This document shows, in pieces, positions 14,301-29,300 of a stretch of 64,000 nt of DNA (positions are counted from its first letter, which is position 1; each line of letters opens with the position of its first letter). The translations under genes were made by a program, and so were the position numbers. A model generated the notes under the pieces. The model worked only from the letters and a program-made list of their open reading frames with translations, did no database searches and had not been told where the DNA came from. The DNA lies in contig NC_087250.1 in assembly GCF_037042905.1 (NCBI RefSeq), forward strand, positions 15,812,001-15,876,000, given 5' to 3'. This stretch comes from Lytechinus pictus. Taxonomy: Eukaryota.

Positions 14301-17300
14301 GTTAAAAAATTGAAAGAGTGAAAAAGCTACAAAACTATTTTAACTGTCTATTGCAACGACTAAGATAAGCATCAATTTTTAATGCATTAAATGTTAAAGG
14401 AGAAGCTGAATCTACCTATAACTTAGTTTGAATTAAAGCAGTAAAATAACATAATATTACTGGTGAAGCTTCCTAAAAATATGTTATTCAATAATATTGC
14501 TATTCAGCATCCGATTTGGCACCTATTTGTGAAATTATTAATATGGGTGATGAAACAAAATACACTGAAGACTTACATTGAATCGAGCTTGAAATCCCCA
14601 AAGAACGCACTACCAGGTATGTGCTTCATTCTCATGTACTTCAAATGTATCTCTTTTAACGATGACAGATTCTGAAAAGCGCCCTCATGCGTGAACTCAA
14701 ACCTATTGTCATTCAAAAGGCTATAAAAAAAACGATATCAGGAAATTAAATGAAACAATATGAAAATGAAATATATATCATTCATTATAATTATGATAGC
14801 GGTATTACTCCTAGCTCTTTTTCATCAACTCAACAACTCCTTCAAGTACCCAGACTAAGAACTAAGACGCATGGCGAAAGGTCCTTCTCCTACAGTGCCC
14901 CAACCCTTTGGAATTCCCTCCCCAGTACTCTCTGATCACAAAATAATTCTGGACTTTTCAAATCCCAACTTAAAACATTTCTCTTCAATGAAGCATTCAA
15001 ATAGACCTTTCCCTATACTTATGCCATATGTAATTGATTAATGTTGATGTTGTTTAAATGTTTTTCTAAGTAATTCCTTACGTTGTATAATTTTATTTCT
15101 GTAAAGTGCATTGAGAGTCCTGTCAGGTCTGAAATGCGCTATATAAGAACTGCATTATTATTATATTGATATCAGATAGGGAATGTTTTGATTTGTATAT
15201 GAGCAATACCATAAAATATGTATGTCTGACCTCTGTCTGTGGGACCTACAAGGTTCTCAAAGGACTATGACTTGGTCAGTTTATGAACTGAAGGAAGACT
15301 TGAGAAAAATGGGGGTCGGCCGTACAAAAAAAAAGGTTGATAATTTAATGGAATTTTTGCTACACATATCTACAAAGCATGGTTTGGTGTTTGGGGACTC
15401 CATTGGACATAATCTCTAATCAGCTTGCAAGGGGTTACCATTCATGTTTTATGAATCACTATACTTTATGCATTTTATGTATTTCAGGGTTCCCATCTTT
15501 TCAAGAAAACAAAATTCCTTGATTGGTCCCTGATGAAGTTTAAAAATTCCCTAATAATCATTAAAACCCATTCCCAGTTTTGCATGTTTTTAAGTTGTTG
15601 CAGTGAATTACATTATTTCTCAGTATAAAAAAACTGTACTGCACTAAAAGAGGCTACACTAAAAAAACACCATTACCAGTCATTCAATGGATGTTGTTTT
15701 AATATACAACAAAATGTAACAGAGTCTGACTGACTACCATGATTTCGGCTTATGGGCCGATCAAAATTCCCTGATTTTTCCCTCATTTGAGGCTTTTCCC
15801 TGAATTGAGGTAATTGTAATCAAATTCCCTGATTTTTCCCTGACTGGAAAAAAGTTAAATAATTTTCCCTGATTTGATGGGAACCCAGCATTTGTATATA
15901 GACTTGGCAAATATATCAAATCAAATTAAAAACCAATTGAAAAATATAATTGGAGTAATTAGAAGTATAATAGCATAACAATAACAATAATCATGTTACA
16001 TGCACAGAAGATGGATGTTTCATCAAAAATTATTGGAAAAGGGATTAGAATAAATTCTAGTTTGTCATTACTGTATATAGATTCATAATACGAGTGTACT
16101 TTATTTTTTTTTTTTTTTTTTGGGGGGGGGGGTCACCTGTGCTGGGAGGCGAAAAGCGAACTGAATCACTTCGACCCGCAGGTCTCTCATCCCGATATAA
16201 CTGATTGGGGGGAGGGCAGGTGGACCACTGCACCGGGGTTTCCCCCTACTCTTATACGAATAGTGCAGTGGGTTCTTAACGTGCAAAGGTGGTGACTCTC
16301 CTCTACACGGGGCCTCCATTTAACATCCTATCCGAGGGACGGAGTGTTTTCCATTGTAACATAGCCTGCATCTATGAAACATGGCAGAGGCGTTTACACA
16401 CAACACACTGGCTTCAGTCATCCGCCCGGGGTGCACGGACTCGAACCCACGATCTTTGGCTCGACGGGCAGACACATTAACGATTGAGCCAACAACTTGA
16501 CAGTCATAGAGTGAATTTGAACATTATCTAACCAAGGACTAGTTAGAGATAGACACTCATCTATTAGTGAATGAATTCACTAACATGTGACCATCATTCT
16601 GCTCTGAATAACATTCTTTTCATATTTGTCTACTTTGATCCTAGTGTGTCCTGCCGTCAATTAGGCCATGAGTTTAAAGAAAGAGTTTGTGATTAGACAT
16701 TGATATTGCAAAAACTGTATGCGCAGATGATGATAAATCACTTCAATCTTGGAAAATCCGGCAATGTGCAGTTTTGGTTTACCTTTGTTAACCTTAGTTC
16801 CATGTGTTTAAATTGGAAAACTGTATGCATGTTTTAAGATAGAGGCAATATTTGTGATTGACTGCATCTTATTTATAATCCCATTTTTCCAATTTTCCTC
16901 CTAATATTCCAGAGATACATGGTTACATCCATGTTGAGACCGTTTATCTCTTAATGTTATTGAGGTCATTATGTGCGTGCAGAAGTATGCGGATCAAAGA
17001 ATAACATTTTATGTCACAAAATCGTCTGCTTCTCAGTTTTGCTGCTCCAAATCTCAAACATGTTGATTGAAAAGCATGTTCTCACACAGGGCATCAGCCA
17101 ACAAACCCAAAACCAGGAAAGCTGTCCCTTTGTAAATATTCAGATATGCCTTGGTATTCGCTATTGTCAAAAAGCCTGTAAGTTCTCATTAAGATGCACA
17201 TAATCACGAGGTGGCGGACCACATTCGATCTAGAAAATGATCGCGTTGAATGTCCATCTATAATAATAATAATAATAATTGGATTTATATAGCGCTTTTT

Positions 17301-20300
17301 CCAGAGGATACAAAGCGCTGTTGATGGCATATGACAAGTTAAGGTTTATGGTTATATAAGTGCGTTATAGGTCTATTATCTAACAAAATACATGTACCGG
17401 TATACAAACAAATACATGTATGTATGATTGATTTTAAAATGAATTCTTCATGTAGAATACAGTGTATACAAATGATAAACAAAAACATGGATTGTAAAAT
17501 GATGCTCTTTCTAAATGGAAAGTACATTAGATTAACATCTTACGACCTAGTTTTAAATAGTCATATATACATGTCTTCCAATATTCAAACAGAACATTTG
17601 AATTTCACGAACTATGCATACATTTTCTCTGTGGATGGTGGAAACACGTTGTTTTCAACCGTTATGATGTCGTTGTTTGAGAGATCAAACTCCCTGACAG
17701 TATCAAGTGGTGTGAATGCCCCCCTTTTCAGATACACAAGTTTATTCCCTTCAAATTGCCTGCAAAAAGAGAAAGAGATTGACAAATTAAGTAGTTTAAA
17801 AGTAATATTCATATGAAATTCTGTCTTTGCCTTAATTTATGATATACTTTAATATCAACACAATCAACATAAATGTTATTGCGAAAGAATGTAATTTCGG
17901 TATAATACTCTGACTACCATGTATGAAAAATATCAGACGTACATGTAAATCTTTCACTCACTGTTAATTAATATTCATAAGTGGACCTATGAAGAAATGA
18001 TTGGTCAGTTAGTGCTCGTGCAAATTTTCACTGTATTTTCAACAAGAATGCACAATTATGCCTCAGATAAAATAATCAACAAATGTTGGAGATGTCAGAG
18101 AGTCTCACACACACCAAACACATATGTATAAGGCATCCCTCGTGAAGTAAATTAGGCCTGTGCCATCAGGTCATCATGACTGGTAAGGCAATCGTGTAGC
18201 CTGACAATTTGAGAAAAGGGCCATTAGTTGCCAAAGGGTCGGGTTCAGTTTAACCGACCCTTGATATCTTTATAGTGGCTGATGAATTTCACAAAATATG
18301 AGTAAATTGTACCCAAATATTCAAATATTTGACTGGTAGGTACAACAAATCTTCGGGTAGAATTTGACCGGATATTTTGGGAATTTAGCGGCCCCTCTTC
18401 TTGAATGGTCAGGTTATGGGATTGCCCAACCAGAGGTGATCCCGTGCAATGATGGAACAAGCACGAGGTAAAGGGTCAAACAGCGTGCAGTGCCTGAACG
18501 AAATTGAACCACAATCAATGCACAACAATGAACAAGAACATCAAGATTTATCTTCAAACCTTAGGGATATATCTTTTTGGATTTCAACTGCTTTGGGTCG
18601 GTCTGAACAATGGACTCATTCGGGTCTATGGATTCTGTAAGCAATGGGCCAATCACGGAGCGACATTGATTGTGAAATCGACCCTTTGCAACCGCGACCT
18701 CGCAAGGCATACCGTTCCATCACTAAAAAAATGATGGACAAAACAAAATCAAAGTCATACAAATAAGATAAACGGAGCTGCATCGGGTCACATGATGCAG
18801 TTTTGACTAATCGGTTATTAGTGATAATCTTTGTAATACGAGATGTGTAAAATTTATTTCTTACACTATGTCCAGGCTTTGTAGGTGTCCTGCAACAAAG
18901 GCCTCCGGTACCAACTTAATATTGTTATATGCTAAGTTCCTGGAAAAGGTAAATAAAGAGAGAGACAACAATTCATATTTGGAAGAATGATTTAACACAG
19001 GTAACAGACTGCCAGCATCATCAAGCAAATACGAACTAGCAGAATTATACCCCTTTCATATTGCGCTTTTCACCGGCGAAGTTCGCCAGCGAAGGGGAAA
19101 GTGTCCAGTATGAAAGGTACACAGGAGAACTTCACCGGTGAAGTTCGCCGGCGAACTTCTCCACCTCTAGAGGTGTAGAACTTCGCCGGCGAAACTGTTT
19201 CACCGGCGAAGTTCGCCGATGAAAAGGCCAGTATGAAAGCAACCCGGAGAACTTCTCCTCTTTAATGACGTCAGAGGTCAATTTTTTTCTCTCCCGAACT
19301 CCCCTGTACCGAGATTCCGCGCGCGATAGTTGCAAGCTCAGCTGAATGCTATGGCCAAGTAGATACAGTACCCTCGAACATAATTTTTTTTTAATACTAA
19401 CAATATTTATCAAAAAGCACTTTTTACATGAATAAAATGCGCTAAAATATAAAAACAAAGTGATATTGTTTGTTTTTCTCATAATACTTACCAAATATTT
19501 TGTAATTAATTTTTTTATACCTTTTTGTAATAGGTAAGAAGTAATGTTTACAATTTTCTTTCGTTTGTTCTGCACGTGCCGAGCACTGACTAAATCAAGG
19601 GAATACTGACACTGTTTACTAGATCTGGCCGTCATCTTGACAACTTTACTAACAAGTTAGATCTACACAAAGGAAATAAATAATCGTGGTGCCGCGGAAA
19701 TGCAGAATGAGGCCAATCGCCCGTTGACTTTCGCCGGAGAAGAAATGTCAGTGCGAAAGGTACATTTTTTTCTTCGCCGGGGAAGTGAGGAATGCGAGGC
19801 AGAGAAGTTCGCCGGTGAAAAATGAAGAGGGCAGTATGAAAGGGGTATTAATAGCACAACTTCAAGTACTCAACTAGACAAATCTGGCAAGGTTTCTATT
19901 TACCCATAATGCAACATTCTGAGGAGTGCATTCTCGTTGTACAAGCCTATTTGAATGATAAAACACTATTTCCTTATTTATTGCCTCCATACTACAATTA
20001 TAATGTTACATGTAGCTTACAAAATAAGGACTTTTCCTCTCAAAAACATTAATTAATTTATCTTTAAGAAAAATATTACGATGACTTGCTTTAGTATCTG
20101 TATTATAGGATATAGTTTCCACAGGTGGGGAGCACTCGCAATCATTGGTGGACCCCGTCTTTCAGACCTCAAGACCCTTTCTCAAAAAAATATACAGTAC
20201 GCATGATAAAAGATTCTTTCAGACGCCACCTGGCCCCGCTCACAAGACCCCCGTTACGAAACATCTCCATTCCTCAGGCCAGCCAAAATTGTCAAGAGCG

Positions 20301-23300
20301 GACTGCAAAATCACTTGTCCCATTGCAGTTCTGGACCATAAGTCTACATGATATGACTTGCGTCTTCGCAATAAGAATATGCATGCGCATGGACTTTATC
20401 TTTACGAAATTGTGGTCGTTCACGTTGCCATTAAGGATTCAGCATCCTTAGATTACCGATACGCTTACATGTACATAGGCCTTACTTACGCTAAGATCTA
20501 TATCTAGATCCAATTCTTAAGTGTTTATCAAATTGCCATTAATGACAAGACAAAATGCTAGGCTAGGCTAGGGCTAGCCTTGGATAGGGTATTAACTTTA
20601 TCTCAAATCTGGACCTGTCTAATTCCTAATGTTGTGGTAAACTTAGAACTAGTTAATTTCAAACTTTATGTGTTTATGTTAGAACACTGAGCTTGGTAGC
20701 CTTGGTTTAATAGGTCTAGGCCGTATGTATATAAAACTAGTCCTAGATCTAAATTAATTTATTTTAGATCTAGTCTCGTCACTAGATCTTGCTAAACTCT
20801 GATCTACACTGACACTCTTATAAGCATAGAACGTGTTAGCGTCAGTGCAGGGCGCAGAAGAACATAAACAGTAAAATACATACATGTAAGAAATTAATTA
20901 TATTTTTGCATTTTTTTGTAGATATTTATTAAAAAATGTAATTATTGATACTCCCACCAAAAGTTAGCATTCTACTAGCTATACAAATTGAGTTAAAGGC
21001 AAAAACTTACACACAAAAAACAAATTTAGGGCAAATTTCATGCGCTTATTTGCATAATGAAAATATAAACAATTTTTTGAAAATTTTACTACAGTCTTGT
21101 AGTTTACATCCAGCTCTACATGTATGTGTGTTCAAATTTTTGCGGCGATCACGCAATCAGCGTCCGAGATCTGAGGGGGGGGGGTTAAATTGACCCCCCA
21201 GTATATTCTGGTCCGAAATAGCCCATTTTAGATAGGGTTAACCCTATCTAGGCCGGGGTATTTGGGAGTTATGGCCGGGGGGGCCTCCCGGGCCCCCCCT
21301 TGAGATCTCGGCCGTCGATCGCGCCAAAAATTGGCACGAAGGTCGTCTGGGATATTATCTACAAAATTGTATAGTAATTTATTTCATGCGAATTGTTATT
21401 AAGTAATTATGCTAATTTATGCGTAATTAGTATGCAAAATCATACTTTTTCCTCTAACTCCATAAATAAAGCTCCAAATGTTCTAATTTCTGGCATAGAA
21501 ACTCTTTGTGGTGTTCTTAGCAAGTTTACATAAAAAAATTGTGATATCAGATCAATTTCTTCTGTATTATATTGTTTTTTGCAATTTCTTATGTATTTCT
21601 CTGTTTTTTGGACCCTTTGTTTTTCATTGTTTTTTCAATGAAATTCTTCGGGGACTCTTCTAAGATCATAAACAGCATAAAATACATACATTTAGACCAG
21701 CAAAACTAAAAATAATCATACAATTATTATATTTGGTTGAAAACACAATTTACGTTGACTTTGTACACGAAATCACGTTTTTGAGCAATTTTTTGTCTGA
21801 CATGCACTTACATAACATTGTGTAATTTCTGAACCGCGTACCCGGGTGACGCAAAATTGGTCTCAAAAGTTGAGCAAGACTTAAAAGTAAAAAGTCAGTG
21901 AGCAGCGCGGTCAAAAAAATTTGCGCGGCGAAAATATCGCGCGACTCGTTGAGGGGGGGCCTTGGAGGCCCCCCCCCCCCGGCCTAGATAGGGTTAAGGG
22001 TGGCAGGTCAAATATGTCACCTTTTAAAACTCTGTTTTTGCAGTAGATACTTACACATGAGTTGTTAAAAATAAGCATCTGAAGGCGTCAATGTCGATCA
22101 ATTCGTCGTCCAGATCATTATAAATTAAACCAATATGTACAAGATTAGGAGCTTCGCAAAATGTGTCATTACTGATTCCATCAATCAAATTGTGTGCAAG
22201 GGACCTGAACAATGATAAAAATAATAATAGCAATGATAATGATGATAATAGTAATAATGATAATGATGAAAATAATGATAATATTAATAAAGATAACAAT
22301 AATAATAATGATAACAATGGTAATATTACATGTAGTAGTAATACTAAAAATAATTGCAAGAATAATAATAATAGTAACAATTATAATAACAGATTGCACA
22401 GCTACTATAATATACTCCATGACGCACAACAAAATACGTTGTACATTTCAGAGATTATTTCTGGGAAGATAAGTCCGAAGATGAGTTTTCAACATATTAA
22501 CTGTGGGTATAATTCCCATACAGGGAACAGTAGTGTGTCACATAATTTGAATTGGGTATAATTATTTAAACACAGACGAAAATATGATACTGATAATTAC
22601 AATAATAATAATAGACACGGATGTATATAGTCAGGGCCAGATTGATCACTTGATTTCATTTCAATGATTTAGCCCCCTTCAAATAGTCGAGATGTAGACA
22701 TGAAAGTTTATAAACATTGGATTACTACAATTAAGCATAATAAGCCAGTTCGTAGTTCCTTTCTGCACATGATCAAAAGATTCTACGCATGATCAGAGGA
22801 AGGTCATTTGTACTAAAGTGACATGGTGGTTTAAAATCTAATGAGATAAGCACCAATGTTGATGTCTTGATTATTCATATATTCTTTTGAATTGTGGTTT
22901 TCATTTACATCCACAAAAAACAACAACGCGTCCACGAACGACTGGTTTTCACAGTTTGCCAAGTACATTGTGCAACATGCTATGATATGCATTCAAAGTA
23001 GGAATGCAACAAATACCTTCATAAAGTGTTCATTGGTGTGTTATTCTAGTCCCCTGGTCTATTCAATTTCTTCATCCTGCTATGTAAGGCAAGCTTACGT
23101 AATATTTTGCTTTGAAATCTGCCTATCATAATGAAAGAAATGAAAAGTCATTTGACCGAAAATTGTCCATGAGTAACTAAGAACTGGTCTATAGCTATAT
23201 ACAATAAGCTGAACCTGAAGTACGCTCACTTATGCAATTTTAAAGGGAAAGTTGACCCTGCTAAAAAGCAGAAAAATATGAGAAAAATGTTAGTGAAGGT

Positions 23301-26300
23301 CTGACGAAAATCCATTTAAGGATAACATGGAAATGCATTTCAGAATTTGTGATTTTGTGAGGTCTCAGGTGAGCAACTCCTTGCATTACGTGACACCAAT
23401 CCCCCCAAATAAAGTGTTTTTCTTCAATATTTTGAGAATAAATTTTAATTTTTTGCAGTGGATATATCATTACATTTCTTTCTCTCCTATAAGAACAATA
23501 TTTTTATTCATCTTTTTTCATTACAAAATTGGAATTCATCATAGAATATACCTTACATGGGTGTTTTCATGAAGTTGGGACACAAATTGTGACATTTAAG
23601 CATAACTCAATACTAATTATACTATATATATTTATTGTTGTATATTTATTTTCCAGGAAGTTATTTAGCAAAACAGTGTATAATAAAAGGTACAGTGTGC
23701 ATGTAGCATCAGGATATTTAAATTCGGTCCTAAGGTTAAATTAATGCAATTAGACTGGCTAAAACTTGAAACAATACATACATTTACTTTTTAAGTCATT
23801 TAACTAAATACCTCAGATTTCCTATGTATATACAATAGTTTCAGAAGAAAATTTTAAAATTGACACGTTGTCCATGGCAGCATTGGGAAATGTCACATTT
23901 GTCACATTTGGTGGACACCGAGTAGCATTGTGAAATTTTGGAAATTTCCTTTTGAAAAAAAGCTAATTGCAAAGGAAATCTAAGGTATTAACCCTAACTA
24001 GGCCGGGCTTTTTTGGCTGTTCTGTGGCTGGGGGGGGGGGGGGGGGGGTTGATTCAACCCCCCCCCTGAGATCTCGGCCGCCGATCGCGCGAGCGCCGCA
24101 AAAATGTGCACGCTGGTAGTGTGCGATGTAATCTACAAGGCTGTATGGTAAAATTTTCCAAAATAATGAGATTTTATTTTATATGAATTAATTATGCTAA
24201 TTTATGCATAAATCATACTTTTTGCTCTAATTCACTAAATAAAGCTCCTAGAATGCTAATTTTCGGTTTAAATATTCTTTGTAGCATTCTTAACAATGAC
24301 AATTGAAAAAAACTTCGGTCTGGAAATCAATTTCTTATGTATTTCTTTGTTTTCCAACCTTTTGTTTTTCTTTGTTTTTTTCACCAGATTTATTGCACAA
24401 TCTTTTTTAAGCATAATTATGCTAAAATCAATTGCTTTCAATAATCATATTTTTATGAATAAGATGAGAAAACTCAATTTGCATTGACTTTGTACACAAA
24501 ATCACGTTTTGGAACAATTTTTGGTCTGACATGCACTTACAAAATGTTGCGTAATTTCAGAACCGCGTCCTCAGGCGTCTTAAATTTGGTCTCAAAAGAT
24601 GCGCGAGACCTAAAAGTATAAACTCTGCGAGTGGCGCGGTCAAAAAATTTCGCGCGGCGGAATGATCGCAGAAAATGTTGAGGGGGGGTTGATTCAACCC
24701 CCCCCGGCCATTTTAGGGTTAAGCTACCTGACTTAACAAGTTAATGTGCATGTTGTACAGTGTATCAATTGTTGGTCAACCTACATGTACTAATTCCCAT
24801 ACATGTAATTTGTAAATATCCCAATGGTACACAGACATTGTGTGCCTGTAACAGCATCATTCCCTGTTTTGCTCAATAACTTCATGGAAAATTAGTCTAA
24901 ATGGCCCCAAATTTCCAGTAAAACGTATGCCTTCGATACAAATATCAATCCTACAAACAATAAATATTTAGTACAATTAGTCTCAAGTTATCCTGAAATG
25001 ACAGAATTCATGCCCCAACTTCATGGAAAGACCCACATACAAAATTGTTGTTCTCTTGATATTCTGCTATTCATCAAACGTCCATCAATAATTTTCTCTC
25101 TTTTTCACTTTATTATCAGGAAGAAGTTCCCATTTATTAACCCGTTGCCTACGGGAACCGGGTGGGCCCTGTACAAAGTCTATGGGTATATCTTTATTCT
25201 CGTGGAGAATGGGTTAAAGTTAAAAACTTACAGGGTATGGAGGTTGCCAAGACCGTTGAAAGGTTTATAATTTTTCACAAGCGTACCATAGAGGGCGTCA
25301 CTCTGTCCCGGGAAATCATTCCGCGATATTTCTGATGCATTGGTTATTTCATTCCACTCCAGAAATCTAAATGAAAAATGTGTGTTCTTTAAGTTACTTA
25401 TTTCCCCTGGCCTGTAAAGACCTTGGGCCCATTACAACTGTTGTAACTTTGCCATTATGGCAACTACCATTGCAACCATGATTCTGATTGGCTGCTGAGC
25501 CCTGTTACCATGGTAGTTGCCATAATGGCAAAGTTACAACAGTTGCAAGTCCTTAATGAAACAGGCCCCTTATGCATTTAACCAATTGCACCGCCATCTT
25601 AGAGGTTGAAGCCATTGCCTTGCATGCATTGGTGATCTCCAGCAAATATTTATTATTGTTATAATAAAAATGAAAATTAGTAACATTTATCTAGGGCTTA
25701 TAAATTGTGTCTCTTAAGCGCTTTACATGTACATATGGCCCGGTCACAAGATCCTGGAAGAGCCGTAGTGAAGTGGTTCTGACTGTCGCCTTGAACACCA
25801 GACCTGCCAACCTTCTACAACAACAAAAAAAAAAATGTATTTTTTGACAAAAAAGAGGGTTTTTTTTAAATTTGTCTCATTGTAACAAGCTTGTTGTAGT
25901 GAGATCGGTGAAAAAACATGTCAAATGACTCTACTTGAAAACTTGATAATTCACCCTTTTAAACATGTGCTCGTAGGCAAGAATTTACTTGTTCTTTTCA
26001 TGCAACAAGTTACTGGCTCGACGGTGATATTTACTCGTTTGTGACTGTCGGACCGGCGCTAGTGTCACGCCCTGTGTATAATACATACTCCATGATCAGA
26101 AATTTTAATAAAAAGTAACAAATCATACAAAAAAAGTATTAGTGTATTTATAGGAAAAATAGGAACAAATACTCTAAACAAGTGGAATGCCTCTGGCAGT
26201 CTCGCCTGCATTACGCGATTCAATATAGCAGCAGTGCTAACTTTGAAAACTACTATAAAATAATCATTTACAAAAACACTATTCATATAATGACATAATA

Positions 26301-29300
26301 CCACGTTCATTGACCATAGATGACATTTGAACGGTGACTTAAGACTTGTCAACTACACCCATGTCCACATTTCATTCACTCTATCCATAAACTTTCAAAG
26401 TTATGATGGCAATTCATCAATTACCCCAACATGGCCTAAGTTTATTGACCTTAACTGACCTTTGACCTTGGTTTTGTGACCTGAAACTCACAGGGGATGT
26501 TCAGTGATACTTGATTACTGTATATCCCAAGTTTTATGAAATAGATCCATAAACTTGAGAGTTAGGATGGTAATTCAACAAATACCCCCAACACGGCCAA
26601 AGTTCATTGACCTTAAATGACCTTTGACCATGGTCATGTGACCTGAAACTCGTACAGGATGTTCAGTAATACTCGATTACTCTTATGTCCAAGTTTTATG
26701 AACTAGATCCATAAACCATCAGAGTTAGGATGGTAATTTAACAAAGACCCCCAACACGGCCAAAGTTCATTGACCTTAAATGACCATTGACCATGGTCAT
26801 GTGACCTGAAACTCGCACAGGATATTCAGTGGTACTTGATTAACCTTATGTCCAAGTTTCATGAGCTAGATCCATAAATTTTCAAAGTTATGATAGTAAT
26901 TCAACAAATACCCCCAACTTGACCAAAGTTCATTGACCCTAAATGACCTTTGACTTTGATCATGTGACCTGAAACTCAAGCAGGATGTTCACTAATACTT
27001 GATTAACCTTATGCCCAAGTTTCATGAACTAGGTCCATATCCTTTCTAAGTTATGATGTCATTTCAAAAACTTAACCTTCGGTTAAGATTTTGAAAATAA
27101 TTCTCCCAACATGGTCTAAGTTCATTGACCCTAAATGACCTTTGACCTTAGTCATGTGACCTGAAACTCAGGCATGATGTTCAATAATACTTGATTAACC
27201 TTATGTCCAAGTTTCATGAACTAGGTCCATATACTTTTTAAGTTATGATGTCATTTCAAAAACTTAACCTTAGGTTAAGATTTGATGTTGACGCCGCCGT
27301 CGCCGTCGGAAAAGCGGCGCCTATAGTCTCGCTCTGCTATGCAGGCGAGACAAAAAGGAACGGTTGGCATGTTTGGGAAACAAAGGGTCGTGTGTTCGAA
27401 TCCCACCGCAGTCTAGCACCCTTTGACCACTCTCGAGCCAGGTGCTAAATGGGTACCCAGTAGGATACTGCCCAGGGAGTGGAGAAGATGCATACATTGT
27501 ATGCGGGTATGCAAGGATCCGATGATCAGGGTAATAATATGCTGTAAAGTGCTTTGGGCCATTATGGAAAAAGTGCTATAAAAAATGGCTATTATTATTA
27601 TTACTATCCAGGCGTGCCTGCACACAATGCAGGCAGTTTCTCCACTCCCTGGGGAGCATTCCAACAAGAGTTGCAAGACTCAATTGCTATGCATACTACA
27701 TAGGCTCTCGCATCCTACCGGGTAGCCATTTAACACCCGGGTCGAGATTGGCAGTGTGTGGATTAATAATAATAATTATAATAGGCATTTATATAGCGCC
27801 ATCAATCTAGAAATATTCTATTCTAAGGCACATTGTTTATTATTATCATTACCCCGGCTTTAGCTCAAGCGTTCAGTGCATTCAAGGAATTAATCCTGCC
27901 GGGTACCCATTCACCTCACCTGGGTCAAGTGCAGCACAATGTAGATAAATTTCTTGCTGAAGGAAATAACGCCATGGCTGGAATTGACACCTTACCAAAG
28001 GACGCTAGGCCATGGTGGGATTCAGACACATGACCCTCTGATTTCAAGGCAAGAGTCAGAACCGCTACACCACACTGCTTCCACATTACTGTTATTTTGC
28101 GTTGGTTCTGCTAACAGGTATGTGGAGCGTTGTGGCCCAGTGGATTAGTCTCCGGACTTTGAAACAGAGGGTCGTGGGTTCAATCCCAGCCATGACATAA
28201 TTTCGTTCGGCAAGAAATTTATCCACATTGTGCTGCACTCGACCCGGGTGAGGTGAATGGGTACCCGGTAGGATTTATTCCTTGAATGCTTTAGCGCCTA
28301 TATGGCCGCTCAGCTACAGCCGGGGTAATAATATACCAAGTATATTTTCAGCGCCTTGAGCACATAATCAATGTGGATTTGGCGCTTTAGAAATACTCTA
28401 TATTATTATCACTATTATACATTACCACTAATACTTACAGGGTTTCCAAGTTTTTGAAATTGTCGTAGTTGAATATCCCATGTGGAACAGCTCGTAACTC
28501 GTTATCACTCAAGAACCTCAAGAGATAAAAATTGAAATATGGAATATAATAATAACAATAAGAGTACATGTAGTAGTAATAATAATGATATAAATAGCAA
28601 TAAATACATGTACAATAATAACACCTATAATGATATTATAATTACAACAAAAATAATAATAATAAATAAATGAAATAAATTGGTACTTATAAAGTGCATA
28701 ATCAATTGAAATTGCTCTATGCGGTTTGTACAAATTGTTCTCCAATATTACGGTTTTACTACAACAAAAATAGATGTTTTCAAATTTCTTTAAAAGATTC
28801 AACAGAAGTAAATGATCGAAGGTAAATTGGTAAACTATTCCATAATTTGGGACCGCAAAAATCAAAACTAGCTTCCCCCCTTTTGAAACAACTCTAGGAA
28901 TGTGTAAAATTGTAGTGTCTTCACTAGAACGAAGTCTATAATGTGACCAGTATGAGGATCTAAGTAAACTATAGAGGTATTTGGGTGCCTTTTTATGCAT
29001 ATACTTATAAACTAATGATGATGGTGATGATAATGAAGATGATAATAATAATGATAGAAATTATTTTTTAAATAACATAATTAAAACTTGCGATTTAAAC
29101 GTTTTTTTATTTACGGTTCAAATCTGCAATGAAAATTCTAAAACTAAATGCGAAGAGGTTTGAACCTCACTTTGGCATTTTAGCAGCTAGGGTATTATTT
29201 CCCTCCTAACTCTCTGACGGAGTAAGATTTTTCTTCAGTTTTGTTTTTGTCATTTCATTTAAAACACTCTAACGATTTCTAATTTTCAACATTACATTTG

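Noticed and set aside
18130..18780. Complex-looking intronic segment, possible extra exon
   Set aside because: No LRR-like translation, and the flanking exons join in register without it.
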